A stretch of 64,000 bases of DNA, taken from positions 7,392,939 through 7,456,938 of the forward strand of contig NW_002060945.1 in NCBI RefSeq assembly GCF_000150275.1, written 5' to 3'. Shown here piece after piece: positions 27,001-39,000 of this stretch. Numbering within the stretch: the first letter of the stretch is position 1; every line of letters starts with the position of its first letter. The stretch is from Trichoplax adhaerens. Taxonomy: Eukaryota; Animalia; Placozoa. A program made the translations under genes and the position numbers. The notes beneath the pieces are model-generated. The model searched no databases, was not told the origin of the DNA, and saw only the letters and a program-made list of their open reading frames with translations.

Positions 27001-30000
27001 ATCAAGTTGGAGAATGGAAAATAAAAAAGAAGAAGAAAGATGACAAATAGATGAATGTTGAAGAAAGAGAGAGAGAGAAAAGAAGATGAAATGATAGCTA
27101 ATCTTTTGCCTACATAGAAATGCTTGTTTCCATGACATTGCTCCACTTGTATACAGCAATACAAGGTTGCAAATTGAATAGCAAAGCTGAAGAATAGACA
27201 AGTAAAATACAACATCAAGATTGATGTTGTATTGCAAGCCATGCAACAAGAGAATGCAAATACAAGAAGAATTTGTTTTAGTCGTTATTAGTAACTTTTC
27301 TCCTCCTTTCCATGACTGTTGAACTATTGTTATCCTAACTATTGTCGTCAATTACGATTGCAATCAAGACAATTAAAAGCAATAGTCTACGCCATCTGAG
27401 TCAATAAATATTATTTGGATAGGGCATAAGTGATGGCTTTTATTTTGGGATCTTTTCTCTTTGCTGGAATGATTTTCCACCAGTCTTGTCTATGCTTGCG
27501 CTATTGTCGCTATAGCGAGTGTTGAAGAGAGAAAGAAGGATGGTTGAATTTTAGGCTAGGGGGAAAAATTAATTTTTTTTCTCCAATGCCAAAGGCAAAC
27601 TACTTTCCTTTTACTGGTACTTGCTTCAACGCCTATCGTCAACGATAGGCATTCAAGTTTGTGTGTGGGTTTTTTTTCTTTCCTACTGTAGTAACGGCGA
27701 GTAATGGAGTCACCAAAATTTTTGATCCAATGCCAAAGGCAAACTACTTTCCTTTTACTAGTACTTGCTTCAACGCCTATCGTTGACGATAGGCGTTCAA
27801 GTTGTGTGTGGTTTTTTTTTCTTTCCTACTCTACTTGTAGTAACGGCGAGTAATGGAGTCACCAAAATCGATTTTACACGGCAATCAAAAAGGGGGAGGA
27901 TTTCAATTGCATTTTATGCTAGGAAGCCGATCAACTCTACTTTGCTTAACCAATCCAATCTGTCCAAGGTAGCAGCCAATGATCAATACTTGTCTCTCCT
28001 CCATTCAAAAAAATCAACATCGTCTACATCAATGCATATGGCTGTCGACTGGATACAAGTTCCATCTTGTACTTGATCGCAAAGCGTCGGATTTGACCGC
28101 TCCAGGAGAAGGAGTAAACTTGAATTTCTTGACCATACTTTCCCCTTATCATCTCGCCATCTTCACTAGACTGAAAAAAACCAGTCTGGGAGACGTGGAA
28201 GATTCTTGATACTATTTCAAGATGGAAAGCTCCATCATGTTGTACAGTATATTCAGCTCATCCATTCAGTCTTACAATGTCACTATTGCATTGGGTAATA
28301 TCGTGCATAGCCTAGCACTATTTTTACCATGGATTTTGTCGTCGTTCTATTTCTTAAAGAGGTAGCTTTGAAACAAAATCATCTCTTTAGCTCATCATTG
28401 ACTTGATCAATTCACTCATTGAGTGGCTTTTTTCTCCATACCCCTATCCTACAAAGTCACATTATTATTCAAGAAATAAGTTAGCCTTGTACAGTGCCTC
28501 CCTAGCGATCACAACAACGGTAATACAGCAATCATCATATCTGTCCAGCAAGAAGAAGAATATCCAGTCCAAGCATAATGTTCCTACACAACTATCTAAC
28601 CTAGCTTTCACAATATTTGCCTACCCATCATATCAACCCAACAAATTAGGATAGATTGATGATCAAGGCAATGTCAATGGATTGTAATTGTAAACTTGCA
28701 ATGTCAATTGGACATCAGCATCATGATGATCCTCATCGCTCCTTTTGGTTATTAGAGAGAAATGAGCGTAATACAATCCTTTTTTTTGCATTTCCTTCCT
28801 ATCCGTTATGATTTACGTCTTCATCAATGAAAAAGTGAAATTGAAAGTGGATTATAGGCACTCGTCTAGCGTACTCTTGATTGAATGGTGAAAAAATAGT
28901 CAACTACAAAGTAAATCCAATGTCCTATACAATTGGATCAACGATGGCATGTTGATCTGATTATCACCATCAATATTGGTCATTAACAATCGGAAAAAAT
29001 ACAGCTTAATAGAATCCATTACCTCCTCTTCTCGCTACAACAGTAACTTGTTCCACTGCTTGAAAAATGGAATAGAAAGTGGATTGTATGCTTGAAATGG
29101 ATCTTTTCACAAATGGACATTGACAGTTTAAAATTGGTATTGTATGAAAGAATCAAACCCAGCCAAGTCTATTAGAAAACGAATCAGGAACAATCTATGC
29201 AATCAAATTGATTCATGATGGGAGAGAGAAAACAGTATAGAATGGTGATGATCATGGGCGAATAATGCAACGATAGTGTAACCTCCCCAATACTTCTGAC
29301 AACCATATCATGCACTTTGGGGCTAAGAACGCAATTTCTTTGGGTTAACCTAAATCATATTACTTGTATCCTTTTTTTGAATGGCGGAACAGGATAGTAA
29401 TTTTATTGATCTTCTGCTTTTGGGGGATAGAATACCTATTGGATATTGTCGAGTAGTATCCATTGCTTCATGTCGCATCCTAACCGGTAGTGAGTGAATA
29501 TGATTTCACTACTTCACTTCATCTTATTCTATCTCTTCTAATTTCACGTCCATCATCATTTCCAATGCGAGAGTGATTTGAAATAGGAAAAATTGCCCTG
29601 TTTTGGGGGGGGGGGGAATACATGGATACTTTAAATTGTTTATAGAGATAAAGTTGTTTAAGAGTCCAAAATTATATGGATAGTGTACTAATCAACTTAT
29701 GGCCGTCATCATGGAAAGGGAGAATGATTGAATTTTGAATAGGGAAATAATCACCCTTTTCTTTTTTATACGTGGATACACTTGAATTCTTCCATAAGAA
29801 AAGATGACTACGAAAGAGTCCCAAAAATGAGTATATTGATTTTAATAATGTCCAAGTAGTTTAACACTTAGTCCATTTATCAAGGGTACACTATCGGATG
29901 ATTTTTGTGGGCAATACATGAAGAATACAAGATAGATCAGGATAGATTGTTGATCCCATCGTGCTTAAGTGATACGGAATAACTTGTGATAGTTCCATAA

Positions 30001-33000
30001 GATCAATTGAATTGCCATTTTCGTCACTGATGGATAGATAGATAGAAAAATACCCTCATTTGGGGGATACGCATAATTGACTTAGTGTGATCGAGTAAAA
30101 GTTATAATGTATTATTCATGTTGTTCTTTATTCGCTAAACATGATTATGACACTATTTTTTGATGGAAAACAATTTTCTCTAATCCAATTTTAGATATTA
30201 GCGATATTTTCTGAAAATGATAAGCAATTAAATGCTTTGAAACAAGCCGCCGAGAAAGGAAATTATAAATTAAACGTTGTACATAGTGAAAGAAGCGCTA
30301 TAGAATATTATCAAGATTATAGACCTCATATTGTATTTGTCGATTTACGCTCCAAAGATGCTTTCAACGGTGAAACGATATGCAAGTAAGTAGCAAAGAA
30401 CATGGATCAACAACTCAAGCTTTCCATTGCTTAACTCAAAGTAGCAACGAGTTGAGTTATCATAGTCTTCATCATATTCCCCCTCCCTCCCCCCCCCCCA
30501 AAAAATGGGTGTAAAAGCGGAAACAAAGTTGTAAAACTAGATAATACAAGTATTCTTATCATCCAAATGCATCATATTATCCTAATGATTTAGTCAATAG
30601 TCAATATATTTGCAATAATGCTATTCTCTTCCAGTGATATCTGATATACGATACTTTGTAGTAGGTTATGCAAGCTCATTATCAGCGCCATTTAATAATA
30701 CGTGTATATTTATATATATCCCTGTGGAACCAACTATAATGGCAGGTTTGAATGTTCGTCTACTGCAGGTAGTTTATACAAAATAGTGCGCGTGTGAAGA
30801 GTGAAAATAAAAAGTACATGCATGAAAAGCAGATGGAAAATACAATTGGTATTTCTTAACTGTTCCATTGGCTAGCTTGTTAGGTTGAATTCAAAATCAA
30901 CATCAGTTATCTTTTTAGTAAGACTACTTTGTTGTTGCGATAAAATAAGCGTTAGCCATGCTCCTAAATTGGACTCTATTCTCTTTCATAGCCAAATAGC
31001 AGAAAAACTCAATCCACTCATATAACATCCATAATAAATAACTTGAGCATTCGACCAAGTCATTGAATTCAAAATCAACATCAGACATCTTTTTAGTAAG
31101 ACTACTTTGAGCAGTTGTTGTTGCGATAAAATAAGCGTTAGCCATGCTTCTAAATTGGACTCTATTCTCTTCAATAGTCAAATAGCAGAAAAACTCAATC
31201 CCACTCATATAACATCCATAATAAATAACTTTAGCATTCGACCAAGTTATGGTTACTATTCAGTTGAATATTCAAAATTTAATAAATTGCTATATCCAAC
31301 TCAACATCAATATGTCCTCTTATTATTGCTTTCTAGAAATGTGAAAGATAAATCGCTATCCAATCAATCAACCATGATTGCCGTTGTTAATCCAAGGTAA
31401 CTTCTATTTGATTACTTACAGCTAAGAATATAACGATCCATTTCTAAATTGGCTATGATACAGTCGTTGCAATAAAATAACCTTGTTGGTCATTTAGAAT
31501 AGAATTGGCTGTTTATTATTATTAGCTAATTGAATTTTATCAAGTGCTTATTTTGCTGTTGCTATGGCAATTCAATGCTATTCTTCAAGTTGAATTATTT
31601 TTAGTTTCCATTTTTGTTAGTTGTTTATTGCATGCAACAAACGACAGTAACAATAGATGCAATGGCTTTTCAAAAATGAAAATGGGCATAACTACTTAGT
31701 ATTAACAATCTTGGTAAAAGATAGTCCATCAATTGATAAAAATGGACAAAAAAAATTCGACCAATGGTCATAATATTTTAATGCTAGTAGTTTTTTTTGA
31801 TTAAACCGATCAATTTGAAATTTATTTCCATTGGTATATCGTCCGTTACTCACCTACATTAATATGATTATGACTAGAGTAATTATTAGTGTAATATTTT
31901 AAAATGATCCAAAAATTTATTCAATAACACATGCTCCTATAATAAATAGAATGAATTGAATTTAGAGAAGGGATAAATTGAACGATTGCAATGATAAAAT
32001 AGAAATAGCAATGTTCACTCTTCATCAAAAAAGACTGCGTTGATATATTATTCATAGAGCTACGATACAAATAGAAATTGATTGAAAATAGATTCAACGT
32101 TGTAGTTAATGAGTAGAGAGATTGTCCTACAGAATAGGAGCTCTACAACCATTAGAATTTTAAAGATAAAAAAAAAGAATTCATTCCTCTAGTGTTGTTG
32201 ATGATGGTCGAATATTAAAATACACGTTAAATTTTATTTTTTTTATCCTTTTCTATATTTTTAGTTCCAAATCCCATCGATTGATTTAATGCATTATTCT
32301 AGCATATGTTAATACAAAAGTGTACATTTAAATCGTTTCATCGTTCAGAAAGGAGATCTCACAAACTTGATTCGCCCTCGAATGCCGCTTAACATGCAAA
32401 TTTTATTCATTTCCGAATAGATTCATTGTCATTCGTTATCGATCAGGAATAGTTGTAATCGAAGGATCATTTATAAGCGATAGAATAAAAATCGAGTTTC
32501 AATTAGGTTATAAAAAATTTTTATAGCTATGTCAAGCCTAGTGTACTGCGGTTCTCCAGCCCGTCACCAATGTTAAGCCCAACGCCGATTTGTACCATAG
32601 GACAACTACCATGTCAATATATTCAATCTTGGCTAATTTTTGCTATTATTTATTGTTCCATTTTTATAGTAATTCTGATAAAGAAGAGCCTAGTATAGCA
32701 CCCTTACTTGCTATGGGATTCAATCGGGTATGATTCGTTGTTGGCTGATTATGTATTACCTCAAGATAATTTTTATTTCATGCTCCTTAAAATGATTAAT
32801 TGATTGATTGATTGATTGATTGATAAAACTGATAAAGTTCAAGATTTACTACTTTCGATACATCATTGATTCTTGAAATATAATTTTAACATCTTTTTTA
32901 TATAGCGATTTGTGGAGAATTTTAATGTGGGTGGATGTTTAAATGAGTTAATAATGCTGGAAGTAAATGATCTTCGGCAGCAAGTAAAAATAAGGTAAGC

Positions 33001-36000
33001 TTAAGAAATAAAAAAATTTTAACGGACTTTATTATACAGTATTCAATTCAATCAACTTATAAAAATTACAGTGTATCCTAATATTACATATCAAATTAGC
33101 ATAACTTATTAAAGTATTGTGATGTATTGAAGTTGGTCGGTCAATGTATAATCCATTTGATGTTACTTTCTTGACCATATTGCTTTTGTCTGTTGTTAAC
33201 ATTTTTGTAATGAATTATTACTATTGATTTGGTACTCGTAGGGAAGCCGATTCACTATTTGCTGCTATCCATAACGCATACGATTCCGTAGAAATTACTA
33301 CAGATCGGTCCCAATTTCAAGTATGTAAAAATTGGCCTTTATATCACTTCTGTTAGAGCGTTTACCAAGATTTTTGCGTAGTTAGTGAAAAAGGTCTTGG
33401 AGAAATTACAGCATGCTACGGTTGAGTAAAGTGAAAGCTACGATATCTTTTTACTTGCAGATGGTACTAGAATATAGCGAAAGTAGCACAAAAATAAAAT
33501 ATATTAGTCATGCCCCATTACTTTGTTACCATGTATCATTTATGCATCCTAGGGATAATGCAGTATTTTCTAATGCAAGTTAAGAAAGTAATAAAAAATG
33601 CATCATCACAATCCTTTAATTATATATATCAGCTGTGTACCGTCAACGCGGTGATGTAATTTATGTCGATAAACATGGACTATCGAGCCATACTTCAACT
33701 CTCTATTAAAAAATTGCTATACCATCGATACCAGTATACGTAATCAATGATTGCAAGCATTCAATGTAAATAACTTATTTTATGTCATCGGCTATGCTTT
33801 ACGTACGCATATTTAATAATGATAAGCATGCATTTTGAATACTGTACTGTGTGCTATATTTATGATTTTAATTCTTGTAAAATTCTTGACTCTGTTAGTA
33901 TGTAAATCCAGCTTTTGAAAGAACAACCGGTTATTGGAGTTCGGAATTAATCGGAAAATTAGATAGCGTCTTGCCAACCAGTGACAAAAATGATCCGGTA
34001 TGTTTAAAATGTTTTTTACTATTGTATTGTTTTTTTATTTCCATAACTCATCTATTATTAAAGTTTGCATCGTATTATACTTGACAAAAGTATTATTAGT
34101 TTCATTAAACTATCGTAAATTATTGACTGCCTAGAACCCTTTTTTAATTTTTATATTCTAAACTTGGCTTGTAAGCGCACTGAGTAAAGTTTCGTTAAGT
34201 GTAATTGATAGTAAAAATGCTTCCAATGTACATTCTCCGCTCCTACTCTAGCTCATATATTACTATTAAAATGAAGCCACCTTTTTTAATTTGTTTATCA
34301 TATCTGTTGTATTTGTTACAAGTAATGCCTTAATTCATTCCTTTTATGACTACGTTACTAGCGATGGCTAAATTAATGTTCAAAGTAGCAGTAAGTTATT
34401 ACCGGGATTGAACATAATAACCGCAATACTATTTGAATAGTTATTATTGTAAATAAAAATATTTAATGTACATTCGATAGATAGGTAGATAGAAAATTAT
34501 CGAGATAATATTGGCGCTACTTTAATAAAAGGCCTATATCAACTTTTTATTATTTCTGTGACATGTTGAATTCTTATATATCATTGAATATGATAATTAG
34601 CTGAATGATGATCATGGTTTTCTTGGCTATTAGGAATTGTTTAATACGATCAAGTCATACGTTAGTAGAGGTAGGACTTGGGAAGGCTCTTACGTTGGCA
34701 AGAGAAAATCTGGCGAAACATATCCACAATTTGTTCGTGTTATACCTATTATTGGTCATGAAGGGTAAGTTCATATACGATTTGTTTTCAATACTGTAGT
34801 AACTACTGTAACTGAATATTCGTTTCTTGTATATCTTTGCGAAATGAGGAATTTTTAACTTTTACCGATAAACTGTAAGACTATTGATAAGTCCCCCCCC
34901 ACACACACACAATACTATCCAGCGTACAGTATTTGGTGACAGAGCTTGCAGACATAAGGCACATCTTCATAAATCAGCAGTTTCTCTGATTAGTAAAATA
35001 CGTAGTGCCAATTGATATTGACCAAATCGCAATAGGTTGTAAAAATAGCTATCCTCTTAAACAGTAATTCAGTACTGAAGATTTTGATTAGAATGACAAT
35101 TAATATACCGCATATTTCTCTGAGGATGGAATTTACTGTATTCAAAGGAAAATACAGACATAAATATCTCTAAAATGCAATTGTATGTCAAATAAACTGC
35201 GATACTTTATGGATAAATCTATAAGATTTCTTAATATATTAATTTTTTTCTTTTCTTTCTTTGCCTTTGGCTCTATAATTTTCTAACGTGGCCTATTTAA
35301 TACTATAATATTCAAGATTTTTAACACATCATGTGACAATTAAAAGAGACATCAGTGAAATGGAGGTAAGTTGTAGTAGATTATTCAAATGATATGATTT
35401 CACTGTAATAGTTAATTCGATAAAGCTTCGAGTTATTAATATCCAGAATCAAGTTGTTACCTCTACTATTTTTATATGAAACAAAAATACGTAATAGTTT
35501 AATATGAAAGCTAAAAGAAAATCACATAGTATGATTTTATGCAATGATATGATAGTACTAGCAATCTAGCTTCAGAGCTGTAACTTGTGAAGTAGGTAGC
35601 CTTTGATATCATAAAGTTTTATTTATAAGCTGAATAATAGCGGATAACAAATTCTATTTATTAGTCTTATTATACTGTAGGTTAATAAAGAAAATGCATA
35701 ATTGTTAATTTAATTTAAACGTCGAATATATAGAAATAAAATCTAAACGTAGATTAATGTTACATTATCGTTGTAGTGATTGAAAAATAGGCTAAGAAAT
35801 TTTTATCGTAGATACATGTTGATATAAGAATATAGCTGAAGTAGAACTGTCTATTCAATGAAATATTCAATTTTTGTTATCTCTAGACTAAATACAAGAA
35901 ATATGTCGAAGAATCAATAAAATCCTATCCCAATGGTAAGCCAATTGCCATTTATCCCTACCCTACATTGATTCAATTGTGGATAATTTACGATATACAT

Positions 36001-39000
36001 ATATAGAGGCGATTTCTTATTTTATCACATTATCATTAGTAGCTACACTGATAATGTTTGGTTATTGTATACCCAATTTGTTTATAAAATACTGTTAAGA
36101 AATTGCGAGGTGATTTTCTAGATTTACTAAGATCCTTTAAGTTTAGTGTGCTAATAAATTCCAACGATTAGTATTATTTTCGACAACTGAAATTAATACG
36201 GCTACTCTATCGGACATTATAGATTATAATTAGACCTTTCTCAACTATATGCGAATTATTTATCAGTCTAGCGATATATCCGCTTTTCGATCGAAATGCC
36301 TATCTAATTTTTTACACATATAGTATCCAGAGTCGTTGCAATCCTGCTTTACCGTAATTTTATTCTAAACATTGGCCTCATTATAGACTAATGATTAGTT
36401 CTCCTTGCATCTCAACTGCTCCTGCTATAGTCATATGGCTAATAGCCTGTTCGTACTTGACTAAATGATTATAATCCAAGTTATTATCACCGCCAATTAA
36501 AATTTCTCTTTAGTAATTGCATTCTATTACTTTGGTACCAATACTGTCTTAAGACTTTAGTTAAATTGTTATAATATAACTATACTTCCACGAAAGATTA
36601 CGAAGGTGACAAACCTCCAGAAAATAAAAATATAGATTTTTCTTTTTGTCTGTTAAGAGTACTTTTAAACTAGTAGAATTCCTTTCAAAATATCAAATAC
36701 CCTTATCGCTAATTAACTTTACAGTTGGCATTATGTACCGTTTCCGTTTATAAAGTAAGCTGATTCTGTATTACTACAATTTTATTGTGACTTATACGTA
36801 AATTATATTAATATAGGAAAAGTGGTAGATCCAAATCATATCAAAACTGTCGAAGCATCGACATCAATGGTAATGAATTCTTTTGTCAATATTGAAAATG
36901 AAAAGGACTCCATGTTATCACATATCAAAAGGATTGAACTGGATTTAAATCTCAGCTTTAGTTTGATATAACAGTAGCAGTAGCGTTATATATATGCCTA
37001 CAATCGAATACTTTAAATTGTAAATTTATTACCAAACTGAAATCGATTCATGATATTGAATATTTACTGAGGAGTACAGTAAAAGGTAATTTGAAAGTTC
37101 ATGAATGCTAATATTATGTCCTTGAATAAATGTTACAAATAGGTAATTAATTTGATCAAAATTGCACAAGAAAATGTCAGTGAGAGCCCAAATAATGTTA
37201 CACAATCACTGGATAAAGTTCTGGTGAGCAATTTCTACTGTACTCATCAGTAATACGTGACTTTGCTAGATGTAAATTAATAGTAATTATGAAATCAATG
37301 TTTGTATTATATTAATTTCATATATATGAAATTGAATCAAAATTGTGTATAATAACTTGTAATGAGAGTTCTCCTTCTTAATCCATACTACGTGCCAAAA
37401 ATATGAAAATATAAATTTAAGCAGTATGAATTTATAGCTATAAGAGGATCCTATCTAATCTTATCATTTAATTATCCCATATTACAGCAAATACTGAAAG
37501 ATGCTGAGATTTCCTTTCCTCAAGGAGCTGACTTTGACTTAATCAATTTTACTGAACTTGGCAATAACGTTAGTTGAAATATTGTAAAAGGAATGCACTT
37601 AGCAAAATTATCGACTATCATTTGTGACGAACACTTGTGAAATTAATTTTCTATTTTCTATATGTATGAAATGACGGTATGCGTATTTCTTGTTTTGCAA
37701 AATATTTTCTAGACGATAACATCACAAGGTAATTTACCAAGTAAGTAACTTGCTGTTCTTAGCTATAGTTACGGAAGTTGGGTCTTCAGCCTATCTGATG
37801 CTATCGTTATTAGATCGTTGATTTTATGAACTAATTCATATTTTTATATTGTACGTAAAAGGACCATCTTTAGTAGTTAATGCCAAAAGTATACTTAATG
37901 ATGCATCAGCAGAAATTAAAATTGCATTGGATGGTGCATCTGATTGGGATTATGACATTCTAGAATTGGAACGTGTTACGGAAAAGAGGTAGATATATTT
38001 CATTCGGAAGGAAAATTATAATTATGATAACTCTGTAAATATTTCATGCGATGGAGGCTGTTATACAAATATACTACAAGTTTAATATATACTTTATCGT
38101 AATAAATAGCAATATTTTAGCGTTTGCAATATTGCAGCTCTAATTTAAATCCATACCAAGTACAAAAGCGTGTTAAAAATAATAATAATGCAATCATAGT
38201 CTTTTTGCATCTAATAATAGGCATACTAAAAGAAATTGTTATTGAATTTGTTAATAATTACGAAATTCAAAGCTAACCATTTGCTATTTCTTTCCCAATT
38301 TTATTAGACCATTGGTCTACCTTGGTATGAAAATATTTGAGCGCTTCCGAATGGGCCACTATCTCAATGCATCTGCGGATGTATTATGCAACTGGTTAAA
38401 GGTAGACTTATAAGAATAAATATATTTTAAGTAGTGACATTTTAAACAATGACTTTGGTTATCTATTATAGATCTTTAATCTAATTTATCGAATTATCGA
38501 TCCATCCTATTAGCAATATTCTATAATAATTTCGAAATTTATCGTAACTATTATTGCTCTCTCTCTTTCGAATTCAGTTAATTGAAGCAAACTATAGACA
38601 AAGTAATAGCTACCATAACTCGACGCATGCTGGTGATGTGTTGCATGCTAGTGCCTGTTTCTTGGATTGTGATCGCGTGAAGGTAAAATAAATTATTACT
38701 ATTGAAAGTCTTCGAATGAAGGCTCCTTCATTTTTACTGCAAATAAAATTATAATAATATTTATGTATTATTTGAATTTATGATATAATATAGAATTTAC
38801 TCGATCCATTGGATATTATGGCCTCTCTAATTGCGGCAATAGTGCACGATGTTGATCATCCCGGCGTTACCAGTGCATTTTTATGCAATTCTCATAATCC
38901 CCTTGCACTACTTTACAATGATAGGTGAGATATTTATGATGACTGGAATCGGTTAAAAATTAAAAGATAGATTGGACTGTTAGGTATTTCTTAATCTAAG

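Noticed and set aside
29366-29373. U12 donor-like GTATCCTT within PDE8 intron 2
   Set aside because: No upstream exon or matching branch site; all PDE8 introns resolve as ordinary GT-AG.
19320-30190. Nested genes among the many 60-170 aa ORFs in PDE8 intron 2
   Set aside because: Low-complexity Phe/Leu/Lys-rich translations of homopolymer tracts, with no consistent splice structure or domain.
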